From: Verrucomicrobiota bacterium
Lineage (GTDB): Bacteria > Verrucomicrobiota > Verrucomicrobiia > Limisphaerales > Palsa-1400
Assembly: GCA_050014435.1 (NCBI GenBank)
Contig: JBEKDI010000016.1
Location: 410-64,409 of the forward strand
Length of the DNA stretch: 64,000 nt
Direction of reading: 5' to 3'
The number at the start of each line of letters is the position of its first letter. Within the stretch, counting starts at the first letter, position 1. Made by a program: the position numbers and the translations under genes. The notes beneath the pieces were generated by a model. That model did no database searches. It saw only the letters and a program-made list of their open reading frames with translations, and was not told where the DNA came from. Positions 21,304-30,901 of this stretch are shown piece by piece.

Positions 21304-21444
21304 TGGGATACTGTGCGCGACCAAACCCGATCTGTAAAGCCAATTTGCGCGTTGCGGGCATTCGCCTCTGCGATTGACATGACGGCCAACGGAGTGATTG
21401 TGTGTGGCATGATGGCTTCCTTTAAAGATCGGGCGAGCATCACT

Positions 21445-22383
21445 ATGAAGAGCATCGTTATCGCCATCGGGGGTAATTCGCTGATCAAAGATGCGCAACA
21501 CAGGAGCGTGCCCGATCAGTATGCCGCGGTGATGGCGGCGGCGCGCGACATTGCCGGCCTGGTGGAACGCGGATTTCGGATTGTCATGACCCACGGGAAC
21601 GGGCCGCAGGTGGGATTCATTCTGTTGCGCAGTGAACATTCGCGCGGCTTGCTGCACCCCGTGCCATTGGATTCCATCGTTGCCGACACGCAAGGCGCGC
21701 TTGGGTATCAGATTCAACAGGCGCTGGAAAATGAATTCCGCCGGCGCGGCTTGAAAAACTCCGTGGCCACGGTCATCACCCAAACTTTGGTGGACCGTCA
21801 CGATCCGGCATTCGCCAAGCCGGATAAGCCCATTGGTGAATTTTACACCCGCGAACAGGCCGAAGACCGGATGCGCGTGGAGAAATGGGACATGGTGGAG
21901 GATGCGGGGCGCGGCTGGCGGCGCGTGGTGGCCTCGCCGCAACCGGTCCGCATCATCGAAGCCGGAGTGATTAAACACCTGGTCAAGGAGGGTTATGTGG
22001 TCATCGCGGCCGGCGGCGGAGGCATCCCGGTTGTGGCCGACGATCAAGGCATGCTGACGGGCATGGCCGCCGTGATTGACAAGGACCTTGCCGCCGCAGT
22101 GCTGGCCGGGGAAATCGGCGCCAGCCACCTCGTCATTTCAACCGCCGTCGAGAGGGTTTGTCTCAACTTCGGCAAGCCCAACCAGCGTTCTCTGGATTGC
22201 ATTACCGTGGCGGAGGCCCGACAGTACATCACGGAAGGCCATTTCGCGCCCGGCTCAATGCTGCCCAAGGTCCAGGCCTGCATTCAGTTCATCGAGCAGG
22301 GCGGGCGGGAGGCGCTTATCACCTGTCCGGAAGCGCTGGCGGTTGCCCTGGAGGGGCGCGGAGGCACGCGTGTGGTGGCTTGA
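21445..22383 (+). CDS. arcC: Carbamate kinase
   Basis: Starting at ATG 21445 gives MKSIVIAIGGNSLIK, followed by IVMTHGNGPQVG and VVIAAGGGGIPV. The length of 312 aa is canonical. Confidence 0.9.
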   Translation: MKSIVIAIGGNSLIKDAQHRSVPDQYAAVMAAARDIAGLVERGFRIVMTHGNGPQVGFILLRSEHSRGLLHPVPLDSIVADTQGALGYQIQQALENEFRRRGLKNSVATVITQTLVDRHDPAFAKPDKPIGEFYTREQAEDRMRVEKWDMVEDAGRGWRRVVASPQPVRIIEAGVIKHLVKEGYVVIAAGGGGIPVVADDQGMLTGMAAVIDKDLAAAVLAGEIGASHLVISTAVERVCLNFGKPNQRSLDCITVAEARQYITEGHFAPGSMLPKVQACIQFIEQGGREALITCPEALAVALEGRGGTRVVA

Positions 22384-22416
22384 GCAAAGCAAGGCTTTTT
22401 AAAACGGCGTTGCCGG

Positions 22417-23067
22417 CTAACTTGAGCTGTTTTGCCTCGAAATATAAAGGGCCAGGGCTTTCTCGTAATCCGCGGGCGTGTCTATGTCCTGGCTTAGACC
22501 GGGGTCGTCCACATCGCAGCCGGTGGCGCTTTCCGGCAGTTTATCCAAAAAATCCTTGAGCGTCGCCTGCGGGGTGGTTTCGAGTTGCAGGAACACCGTT
22601 TTCGGCATGAGCACGGGATGGCGGAGATGACCGTGGCGGCAGGGTTGGCACACTTTGCCCGGATAGGTTGCGGCGCACTCCAGCAACGCGAGCAGGGTCT
22701 GCGGGCGAAGATGCGGTTGGTCTCCCAGCGTTATCGCCCAATGCGTCAGCCCCGTTGACCAGCCGGCCCATCGCGCCGCGCATCGAATTGAACTGAACAT
22801 TCCTTGTTGCGGGGCGTGATTCACAATGCGGTTTTCGGCCGGGAAATGAATTCGAGCCAGCTCGGCCTGCATCGCTTTGTCGCCGGCGGCGCAGACGATG
22901 GCGATTTGTTTTACGCCCAAGCCATTCCACAGGCCGATTTGATGCCCTGCGATGGATGTGCCGCCCCACGACAAAAGGAGCTTGGGCCGTTCCATCCGCC
23001 GGGAGATGCCCGCCGCAAGGAGGACAACGCCCAGGCGCCGGGCCAAATTGTTGGCATCGCCTTCCAT
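22417..23067 (-). CDS. MobA/MocA-like nucleotidyltransferase (molybdenum cofactor cytidylyl/guanylyl-transferase family)
   Basis: Starting at ATG 23067 gives MEGDANNLARRLGVVLLAAGISRRMERPKLLL (the LAAGxSxRMG-type motif) and WAITLGDQP. The 216-aa length fits the family. The longer track ORF upstream is Arg/Ala-rich and overlaps the neighbouring gene. Confidence 0.75.
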   Translation of the reverse strand: MEGDANNLARRLGVVLLAAGISRRMERPKLLLSWGGTSIAGHQIGLWNGLGVKQIAIVCAAGDKAMQAELARIHFPAENRIVNHAPQQGMFSSIRCAARWAGWSTGLTHWAITLGDQPHLRPQTLLALLECAATYPGKVCQPCRHGHLRHPVLMPKTVFLQLETTPQATLKDFLDKLPESATGCDVDDPGLSQDIDTPADYEKALALYISRQNSSS

Positions 23068-23160
23068 ATCGCGAGTATGCCCGGAAACTGCCGCGGTATG
23101 CAACCGCTTGACTTGCTTTGCCGCTTGCCTTTTGGCGGTGCGCGGCCCAATTTTGCGCTG

Positions 23161-24693
23161 ATGAACTCTGGCACACGCCAAAACGTATTGCTGACAATGT
23201 GCGCTCTTCTTGCCTCTGGAATTATGACTGCCCGCTCCCAGGACGCCGCTTTGGGCGTATTTGAATCGCAGGGCGACATTGGCTCGCCGAAGCTGGCCGG
23301 CTCGGCCGACTGGAACCCCGCCAGCCAGGAATACACCCTGAGCGGCGCAGGCTCGAACATGTGGTTCGCGTCCGACCAATGCCATTTTCTGTGGAGGAAG
23401 ATGAAGGGGGACTTCATTCTTCGCACGCGGGTTGAATTCGTCGGGCAGGGCGCCATCGCGCACAGAAAAATCGGCTGGATGGTGCGGCAGAGCCTGGCGC
23501 CGGAGGCGCCCTACGCGGACACGGCGGAGCACGGCAGCGGCCTGACTTCGTTGCAGTTTCGGCGCGCTGCGGGAAGCAATACCGAAGAAATCACCCTCAG
23601 CATTACTAACGCGGACGTGCTGCAATTTGAGCGCCGGGGGAACACTTATATCTTTTCGGCGGCGCGTTACGGGGAGCCGTTCACCAGCGCGGAACTCACC
23701 AACTTTGACCTGGGCGACGACGTTTACGCCGGGCTTTTCATCTGCTCGCATACGGCGGAGGTGGTGGAGAAGGCCGTTTTCCGCGATGTGCGCATTATCC
23801 GCCCCGCGCCGATTGGGTTTGTGCCTTACCATGACTACATTGGCAGCGTGTTGGAAATCCTGGATGTGCAGAGCGGCAAACTGGCGCAGATTTACGAGTC
23901 CGAGGAGCCGTTCGAAGCGCCCAATTGGACGCGCGACGGCCATGCGTTGATCTACAACCTCAGCGGAGGCGGGGAGCGCCGGGGCCGATTGTGCCGCTTC
24001 GATCTCGCCAGCAAGACGCCGTCAATTCTGAATACCGAGCCTTGCATCCGGAATAATAACGATCATGTGTTGTCGTTCGACGGGACCCTGCTGGGCATCA
24101 GCGACCAGAGCGAGGTTCACGGCGGGAAATCGCGCGTGTTCACGGTGCCTGTCCAGGGCGGAACTCCCCAGGCGATCACGCCATTGACGCCGTCCTACTG
24201 CCACGGCTGGTCGCCCAACGGGAAATTTCTCGTCTATACCGGCGGACGGGACGGGAAGTACGACATTTACAAAATACGGTCCGACGGCAAGGGAACGGAA
24301 GCGCGGCTGACGGAGAATTCGGGGTTGAACGACGGCCCCGAATACACGCCGGACGGGAAGCACATCTATTTTAATTCCACCCGCAGCGGGACCATGCAGA
24401 TTTGGCGAATGAAGCCGGACGGGAAGGACCAGGAACAGGTGACGCATGACGAATTCAACAATTGGTTCCCCCATATTTCGCCCGACGGGAAATGGATCGC
24501 ATTCATTTCCTTCAGCAAGGATGTGGATCCAAAGGATCATCCTTATTACAAGCACGTTTACCTCCGCCTCCTGCCCATCCAAGGCGGCGAGCCGAAGGTG
24601 AGAGCTTATGTCTATGGCGGGCAAGGCACGATGAACGTCCCTTCGTGGTCGCCGGACAGCGCGCGGATCGCGTTTGTGAGCAATACGCGGTAA
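23161..24693 (+). CDS. TolB-like PD40 beta-propeller protein with N-terminal beta-sandwich domain, secreted
   Basis: Signal peptide from ATG 23161 (VLLTMCALLASGIMTARSQD). Repeated PD40 motifs are present: WSPNGKFLVYTG, YTPDGKHIYFNS, ISPDGKWIAFIS, WSPDSARIAFVS. Confidence 0.8.
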   Translation: MNSGTRQNVLLTMCALLASGIMTARSQDAALGVFESQGDIGSPKLAGSADWNPASQEYTLSGAGSNMWFASDQCHFLWRKMKGDFILRTRVEFVGQGAIAHRKIGWMVRQSLAPEAPYADTAEHGSGLTSLQFRRAAGSNTEEITLSITNADVLQFERRGNTYIFSAARYGEPFTSAELTNFDLGDDVYAGLFICSHTAEVVEKAVFRDVRIIRPAPIGFVPYHDYIGSVLEILDVQSGKLAQIYESEEPFEAPNWTRDGHALIYNLSGGGERRGRLCRFDLASKTPSILNTEPCIRNNNDHVLSFDGTLLGISDQSEVHGGKSRVFTVPVQGGTPQAITPLTPSYCHGWSPNGKFLVYTGGRDGKYDIYKIRSDGKGTEARLTENSGLNDGPEYTPDGKHIYFNSTRSGTMQIWRMKPDGKDQEQVTHDEFNNWFPHISPDGKWIAFISFSKDVDPKDHPYYKHVYLRLLPIQGGEPKVRAYVYGGQGTMNVPSWSPDSARIAFVSNTR

Positions 24694-24718
24694 AGCTGCC
24701 ATTCCCGCCAGCCGCGAA

Positions 24719-25651
24719 TCAGTCAGGCACTGAACCGTCCGCTGGTTTCGCCTCCACGACCTCCATTTGCCGCAATGCCTCGTCGTGGCCCAGGATGAGG
24801 GCGGCGGCGATTTCTTTCGGGTTGACGCTGAAGGAACCCACCGGGAGCGGCCGGAATGGACGAAACACCTGAATCTTGACCCACGCGGGCGGGTGCTTCA
24901 TCAGATCGAGGGCGGCGTTGTAGTGCACATTTTGCCGGGCCGTCCAGACTTCGGCCACTTTGGGAAAATCCGGGTAGGCCAGCCGTCCCATCCACTTCGA
25001 GACAGGCTTAAGGCGGAAGGCGGGATTGTGTGTCAGCACCACGGTGATGTCCGTCGCGCCATCCTCTATCGCCCGCTGGAGGGGAATGGGGTCCGCCACC
25101 CCGCCGTCAGCGTAGGGCTTGCCGTCCACGTAATCGAACCCGCGCGTCGCCAACGGCATGGATGACGTGGCGCGCAGGGCGGCAAAGACCCGGTCATCGC
25201 AGGCACGAAAGTAAACCGGTTCCCCCGTGTGGCAGTCGGTCAGCACGATGAAAAAGCGCGTGGTCATCTTTTGCAGCACTTCAACGGAAAGCGGAACGCG
25301 CTTGCGGATGATGTAATCCACGAGGTAAGCCAGGTCAATGATCGGTTTGCGGCGCAGGAAATTGCTTTTGCGCACCACGTTGCAGGCCAGTTCGCGCCAG
25401 ATGGCCAGACCCGGCTCCCACATGCCGGCAACGAAATAGGCCGCCGAACAGGCGCCGGAAGAGGCCGCATAAACCAGATCGTATTGGCGCCGCCCGCATT
25501 CCTGAAGATAAGCCAGCACCCCTGCCGCCCATGCTCCGCGCATCGCTCCTCCTTCCACAATCAGCGCTGTTTTGTGGCGGACGACCGACCCCGCATTTCC
25601 AACCATTGGTGCCAACATCCCATTTCTTAAATCGGCGGCCCGGCTGAGCAA
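24719..25651 (-). CDS. Patatin-like phospholipase
   Basis: Oxyanion GGAMRGAWAAGVL, a nucleophile elbow variant AASSGA, and DGGVADPIP (the catalytic Asp of the Ser-Asp dyad). Confidence 0.85.
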   Translation of the reverse strand: MLSRAADLRNGMLAPMVGNAGSVVRHKTALIVEGGAMRGAWAAGVLAYLQECGRRQYDLVYAASSGACSAAYFVAGMWEPGLAIWRELACNVVRKSNFLRRKPIIDLAYLVDYIIRKRVPLSVEVLQKMTTRFFIVLTDCHTGEPVYFRACDDRVFAALRATSSMPLATRGFDYVDGKPYADGGVADPIPLQRAIEDGATDITVVLTHNPAFRLKPVSKWMGRLAYPDFPKVAEVWTARQNVHYNAALDLMKHPPAWVKIQVFRPFRPLPVGSFSVNPKEIAAALILGHDEALRQMEVVEAKPADGSVPD

Positions 25652-25982
25652 CCTAAGCCCCCCGATGAAATCCCTTTTTCCTCCAGGTTAATATAGCATA
25701 CTTTCAGCGGATTCATAACGGCGAGCCGTCGCAGACGGCCATTTGGACATGGCGGGTTTCTGCCAGATCGCTACAGAGGTCCCAAAAATCGGCAACCCGG
25801 CAACAAGTCCTGATGAACAAGACTTAGCTGGCAATATGAAAAGCTACACATCGGCAACATTTTGCCGGATTTCTCACTTTGCCACCCCTGCCCAGAGTCT
25901 GGCAGATTGTTCCCCGGGTGGCCTTGGGGCGGGCCTGATTTTCCACGATGGCCGAAAACCGGACGGCAGATGAATCCCCGTG

Positions 25983-26927
25983 TTAGGGCAGTGAGATCTC
26001 GATTTGATAAAACTTTTGCACTCCGATGGCATTGGTATCGGTCAGGATAACTTGCGTGCCATTGGTAACGGCGGGCATGCCGGTAAGCGGAACCCACATC
26101 CCGGCAAGCAGGTTGCTGCTGGCTAGCGGCGTATAGGTGCGTCCAGCCACGACGGGGCTGAAAACAAGGTTCATCCAACCGGGTTGGTTGGGCACAGGAA
26201 CCATGTTGAGCACAAAGACCGAATTCGTATTGGTCGGGTCCAGACCGGCCACGTACTTGAAGTAGTTGTTTTGCCCGGTGCCATCGAAATCGGCGCCGGA
26301 TTGCGCTTGCAGGCAGGTGGTGCAGCCGAAGTATTGAGACTGCCACGCTTCGAAGGGGGTCATTACAGTGATGAGATTGGTTTGCGTGATGGCAGTTGTG
26401 CCGCTTGGGCCGGTGACGGTTTCCGTCACTGTGTAAACGCCGGGCGTGCTGTAGGTGTGGGCAATACTGTTCGAGGTGCTGGTGTTGCTGGTCCCGCCGT
26501 CGCCAAAATCCCAGAACCAGTTGGCGACGGTGCCAGTCGAGGCGTCCGTGAACGTCACGGTCAACGGCGGGACGCCGTTGGCCGGGGCGGCGGCAAAGGC
26601 GGGGGGCGCCGGGATGTTGTTGGAAATCACGTTCGAATAGGGGCTGTCCTCCTGCGCAGAATTATACGCCGTCACGGCAAAGTAATAGATCAGTCCGGGG
26701 GTCAAGCCGGTCACCGTGCAGGTGGTGTTTGTGCCGGCATCGAGAATCCAAGTGTACTGGCCCTCAGCCAATCCATAACAGACTTCGTAGCCCGCCACTG
26801 CGGGGCTTGGGCTCGGATTCCAAGCCAGCGAAACGCTTTGCGCCCATGTGGGCGCTATGGCGGATACGAACAAGAAGAGTGTTAACGCAACTACACTGCG
26901 TCCGGCCAAAACTGCTCTGACTGTCAT
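25983..26927 (-). CDS. Secreted Fn3 + PKD domain protein with conserved C-terminal module
   Basis: Signal peptide (VVALTLFLFVSAIAPTWAQ). Fn3-like LAWNPSPSPAVAGYEVCYG is followed by a PKD domain (PLTVTFTDASTGTVANWFWDFGDGGTS). The C-terminus ends ...GRTYTPLASSNLLAGMW...VQKFYQIEISLP. Confidence 0.8.
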   Translation of the reverse strand: MTVRAVLAGRSVVALTLFLFVSAIAPTWAQSVSLAWNPSPSPAVAGYEVCYGLAEGQYTWILDAGTNTTCTVTGLTPGLIYYFAVTAYNSAQEDSPYSNVISNNIPAPPAFAAAPANGVPPLTVTFTDASTGTVANWFWDFGDGGTSNTSTSNSIAHTYSTPGVYTVTETVTGPSGTTAITQTNLITVMTPFEAWQSQYFGCTTCLQAQSGADFDGTGQNNYFKYVAGLDPTNTNSVFVLNMVPVPNQPGWMNLVFSPVVAGRTYTPLASSNLLAGMWVPLTGMPAVTNGTQVILTDTNAIGVQKFYQIEISLP

Positions 26928-27402
26928 CTGCTCCGCGTCTTTCCTGATTACGAACCACTCTGCTGTCTCCTTTACTCAGTGCCGGGCGCGTAACCGCCTC
27001 GCCTCGCCCACCGGACGTTCTTCGTCTGGTTGTTCTGTTTCAAGAGCCGCACAGCAGCTCATCAAAATCAACTTGTTAGAACTAACGGCGATTCCTCCTT
27101 CAGCGACTCACCCTAATTTGCGAAATAAAGAGTAAATTTTGCTTATTAATCTATAGGCGAAGTATAAGAGATAATTCACCAGAATTTGCGAAAGGAAGAG
27201 CAAATGATGTTTGCGGATTGTCCGGCGCCGCGTAAGACGGTATTTTGAAAAGATCATTGCCTGCAGCAAGAGATTTGACGGGCCCAAGGGCGGCCCGGTT
27301 AAGAGTTCACGCCGCAAAAGCGGCCACCGCAGGCGCCATCACGCGCAAAAGTATCGTTTGACGCCTCTGATAAACATCAACGATATTGAAGGAGATCGCG
27401 TA

Positions 27403-28065
27403 ATGAATACGAAGACTTACGATGCCCAGACGGCGAAGTTCGCCGCAGCCGTCCTCACTTCCATGCCTGAATTGTCCTCGGACGCCATGCAGCAATGGAT
27501 TGAAAACCCCAAGGGCCTGCAACAAGCACTCAAAAAGGCTCTTGGTTCGCCTGAGGAGAAGAAGGCCCCGGCGCCCAACTTCAAGACCTTCCGCACTCTC
27601 AAGCTCGGCACGGGGATTCCTGACGCCGATGGGTTCCGCAAGGCCTTGAAAGAAGCCGGGTTTAGCGTCGGCGATTTGGCCAACGATCTTCTCGGCAAAC
27701 CGGCCTTCACCGTCTCGTCCGAGGCAAAGGAGATTGAATTGGTCATCCTCTCTGTCGCCGAGCTAAGCTTCAAGAATGCCGCAACCCGCAAAGATATTTA
27801 TGCCCGCGCGATCGAATGCGGCCTGGCTCTCTGTCCTGCTGAAGTCGGCCCACAATTGCGCTTGCAGTACACCAACCAGCCGAAAGGAGAGTGGCTTTTC
27901 ATCGGAATGGAACCCATCGACGTCGCGGTCCTCGACATCCGCGACCTGCGAATCTTCGACGTCGAGCATCGAAACAAAAACGAATTGTGGCTCAGCAGCG
28001 ACAACGGCGACCCGAGCCACGTCTGGAAGGCCGCCGACCATTGGGTGTTCCTGCGTCGCACATAA
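27403..28065 (+). CDS. Hypothetical protein (orphan, no motif recognised)
   Basis: ATG 27403 is preceded by GAAGGAG. The 220-aa protein opens MNTKTYDAQTAKFAAAV... and its codon usage looks coding. The track start at 27211 would add an Arg-rich leader that lies in AT-rich DNA. Confidence 0.6.
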   Translation: MNTKTYDAQTAKFAAAVLTSMPELSSDAMQQWIENPKGLQQALKKALGSPEEKKAPAPNFKTFRTLKLGTGIPDADGFRKALKEAGFSVGDLANDLLGKPAFTVSSEAKEIELVILSVAELSFKNAATRKDIYARAIECGLALCPAEVGPQLRLQYTNQPKGEWLFIGMEPIDVAVLDIRDLRIFDVEHRNKNELWLSSDNGDPSHVWKAADHWVFLRRT

Positions 28066-28144
28066 TACAAAAGTGTGGTTCCCGGTGGATAAAGGCCTCC
28101 AGAAAGTGTAGGTTTGCGGGCATGACTGGCAACTCAATAACCGT

Positions 28145-28720
28145 ATGTCTCTGACACCTTCCACCATGTTGGCGCTGGGAACCAGCGCGCCGGACTTTCG
28201 CCTGCCGGATACCCGCGGGCAAATGGTTTCGCTGGCTGATTTTAAATCGGCCCCGGCCCTGCTCGTGCTTTTCATCTGCAACCATTGTCCCTATGTCAAA
28301 CATATCCGATCCGCCCTGGCGGAGGTGGGCCGGGAGTACCAGCCGCGCGGCGCGGGCATCGTGGCCATCAATTCCAACGACGCGCAAAATTACCCCGAGG
28401 ACAGCCCGGAGAAGATGAAACAGGAAGTCAAGGCGGCGGGTTATGTGTTTCCCTACCTCTACGACGAAACGCAGTCCGCTGCCCGGGCCTATCGCGCCGC
28501 CTGCACGCCCGACATTTTTCTTTTCGACAAGAACCGCCGGCTGGCCTATCGCGGGCAGTTCGACGACAGCCGCCCCGGCAACGGCCGGCCGGTGACAGGC
28601 CGGGACTTGCGCGCCGCCCTTGACGCCGTTCTGGAGGGCACGCCGGCGCCGGAGCCGCAGACGCCCAGCATGGGATGCAACATCAAATGGAAAGCGGGCA
28701 ACGCGCCCGATTATTTTTGA
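28145..28720 (+). CDS. Thioredoxin-fold protein (AhpC/TSA-redoxin family)
   Basis: APDFRLPDTRGQMVSLADF is followed by LVLFICNHCPYV (a CxxC-like CNHC motif). The length of 191 aa fits the family. Confidence 0.85.
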   Translation: MSLTPSTMLALGTSAPDFRLPDTRGQMVSLADFKSAPALLVLFICNHCPYVKHIRSALAEVGREYQPRGAGIVAINSNDAQNYPEDSPEKMKQEVKAAGYVFPYLYDETQSAARAYRAACTPDIFLFDKNRRLAYRGQFDDSRPGNGRPVTGRDLRAALDAVLEGTPAPEPQTPSMGCNIKWKAGNAPDYF

Positions 28721-29997
28721 GGGACATCCGCCGGGGCGGGGCCGCCGGGCGGCGCTTCCGACGGCACGAGACGCCCGAACTGCGGGATTTCCGGCCAGAT
28801 CCAGGCCACCGCCAGCACCACAAAAATCGTGGCCACGCCTCCCGACACCACCGAAAAAACGGGGCCGAAATACTGGCTGACCAGCCCGGATTCAAACCAG
28901 CCCAGTTGATTGGAAGTCCCGATAAACAAATTATTGACAGAAGAGACCCGTCCGCGCATGGCGTCCGGCGTGAGCAACTGCACCAGGGTATGGCGGACGA
29001 TGACGCTGACGTTGTCGGCAAAACCGCAGAGGAACAGCATGAGGATCGAGAACCAAAACCAGCGCGACCCGCCAAAAGCGATGGTAGCCAGGCCGAACAC
29101 TATCACCGCCGCGATGAGGGCGCGCCCGGCTTTTTTCATGGGAGGACGATGGGCCATGAGCAAGGCGCAGGTTATCGATCCGACCGGCAGGGCCGCCGTC
29201 AACAGTCCCAGTCCCTGCGGCCCAACTTTCAAGATGTCCTTGGCATATTGGGGCAATAATCCGGTCGCTCCGCCAAAGAGGACGGCGAACATGTCCAGGG
29301 TTATGGCGCCGAGAATCACGCGGTGCCCGAAGACAAACCGGAATCCGCCCAGAAGCGATTCGACCGAGACCTCCTGCTTTGCAAGGGGCTTGTGATGTGC
29401 GCGGACGAGGCAAATCATGGCCAGACAAAACAACGCCGCCAGGGCGTTGAGGGCATAGACGGTGGCCGCGCTGTGGGTCAGGGCGATGAGCGCGCCGCCC
29501 GCCGCCGGGCCGGTCACCGCGGAGAACTGGAAGGTGGTGGAATTCCAGTTGACTGCCAGGGGGAATTCCTCCCGGGCCACCAATTGCGGGAGAAACGACG
29601 CGCTGGCCGACCAGAGAAAGGTTTGCGCCACGCCCGCTGCGAACAGGCAGATAAAAGTCCACGCCACCGGCATCCCCTTCCAGGAAACCAGCGCCAAACC
29701 CAATGAGGTCAGCGCCATCGCTCCTTGCATCACGATAATCACCTGCTTGCGCTCGCGGGTGTCGGCCACCTGTCCAGCCGGCAGCGTCATCGCCACCATC
29801 GGCAAAAAGGCGGCCAATCCGACAAAGCTCAAGGCGAGGGCGGAATGGGTGCGCTCATAAATCTCCCAACCCACCGCCACCGTCAGCATTTGCTGGCCGA
29901 AGGACGCCATGACACGGCCCAGCAAATAATACAAAAAATCCCGGTTGCGCAGGATGGCGTAAGGGCTGGGGTTTTGGTCTGTCGATGCAGGCGCCAC
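28711..29997 (-). CDS. MFS transporter
   Basis: About 12 predicted TM helices and an N-terminal ILRNRDFLYYLLGRVMASFGQQM typical of the EntS/MFS_3 type. No in-frame ATG lies downstream of the dapF stop, so GTG 29997 is proposed. The start is uncertain. Confidence 0.75.
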   Translation of the reverse strand: MAPASTDQNPSPYAILRNRDFLYYLLGRVMASFGQQMLTVAVGWEIYERTHSALALSFVGLAAFLPMVAMTLPAGQVADTRERKQVIIVMQGAMALTSLGLALVSWKGMPVAWTFICLFAAGVAQTFLWSASASFLPQLVAREEFPLAVNWNSTTFQFSAVTGPAAGGALIALTHSAATVYALNALAALFCLAMICLVRAHHKPLAKQEVSVESLLGGFRFVFGHRVILGAITLDMFAVLFGGATGLLPQYAKDILKVGPQGLGLLTAALPVGSITCALLMAHRPPMKKAGRALIAAVIVFGLATIAFGGSRWFWFSILMLFLCGFADNVSVIVRHTLVQLLTPDAMRGRVSSVNNLFIGTSNQLGWFESGLVSQYFGPVFSVVSGGVATIFVVLAVAWIWPEIPQFGRLVPSEAPPGGPAPADVPQK

Positions 29998-30007
29998 GCA
30001 AAAAAGA

Positions 30008-30844
30008 TTACGGTCCGGCGCCAACTTGGTTGTCCGGCAACTCGATGGCGCCCTCGAACACAAAGTCGGCCGGGCCGCCCAACACGACATTGGTGAATTG
30101 CCCGCCGCTTCTCTCAAAGCTCACTTCCAGCACCTTTCCGCCCAGCACCTGCACCTTCACGGGCGAGCTCCATTGGTTCAGTTCGGCGGCGATCAAGGCG
30201 GACGCCGTCACGCCCGTGCCGCAGGCCAGCGTTTCGCCTTCCACACCCCGCTCGAAGGTGCGGACGCGGATGGCGTTGGCTCCTTGCAACTGCACAAAAT
30301 TCACATTCGTGCCGCGCGGCCCAAAATGAGGATGGCGCCGGATCTCCCGGCCGAGGCTCTGCACCATGGCGCGGTCCGCGTCAGGCACAAACAGCACCGC
30401 GTGTGGCACCCCCGTGTCCACCGAATGAATGGCCGTCGGCCCAATGCTCACCTGAATGGTCTCATGCAGCCGCAAATCCCTCGGCGCGGTCAAAGTGACG
30501 GCGACGTCGTCCCCCTTGAAACAGACGCTGATGACCCCGGCGCGGGTTTCAAAGGTGAAGTCCTTCTTCAAACCTGTCACCCGCCGCACGAACCGCCCAA
30601 AGCACCTCGCTCCATTGCCGCACATTTCACCCTGGCTGCCGTCGCTGTTAAAAAAATCCCAGGCCCAATCGGCCTTGCCCGAGGCGCAGGGTTTAAGGGC
30701 AATGAGGCCATCGGCCCCGATGCCCCGGTGCCGGTCGCACAAGCGCGCGGCTCTCGCGGCGTCGAGCGGGATCGTCTGCGCGCGATTATCGATCATCACG
30801 AAATCGTTTCCCGCCCCGCTCATTTTGGTGAATTTAACGACCAC
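30008..30844 (-). CDS. dapF: Diaminopimelate epimerase
   Basis: KFTKMSGAGNDFVMIDN plus the two catalytic Cys motifs MCGNGARC and LACGTGVTA. GTG 30844 is proposed as the start; ATG 30823 is the alternative. Confidence 0.9.
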   Translation of the reverse strand: MVVKFTKMSGAGNDFVMIDNRAQTIPLDAARAARLCDRHRGIGADGLIALKPCASGKADWAWDFFNSDGSQGEMCGNGARCFGRFVRRVTGLKKDFTFETRAGVISVCFKGDDVAVTLTAPRDLRLHETIQVSIGPTAIHSVDTGVPHAVLFVPDADRAMVQSLGREIRRHPHFGPRGTNVNFVQLQGANAIRVRTFERGVEGETLACGTGVTASALIAAELNQWSSPVKVQVLGGKVLEVSFERSGGQFTNVVLGGPADFVFEGAIELPDNQVGAGP

Positions 30845-30901
30845 GAGGCGGAGGTTAGCAGTGGAGGGCGCGCACTTCAAATCGGAAAGTCCGCACAAAC
30901 T

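Noticed and set aside
21304-22128. N-terminal 275-codon extension of the shc ORF
   Set aside because: It overlaps the well-supported carbamate kinase gene on the other strand and has His/Arg-rich nonsense composition. GTG 21303 gives a canonical SHC length.
23068-23943. N-terminal 292-codon extension of the MobA-like ORF
   Set aside because: It overlaps the TolB-like gene and is Arg/Ala-rich. The nucleotidyltransferase fold begins at the Met at 23067.
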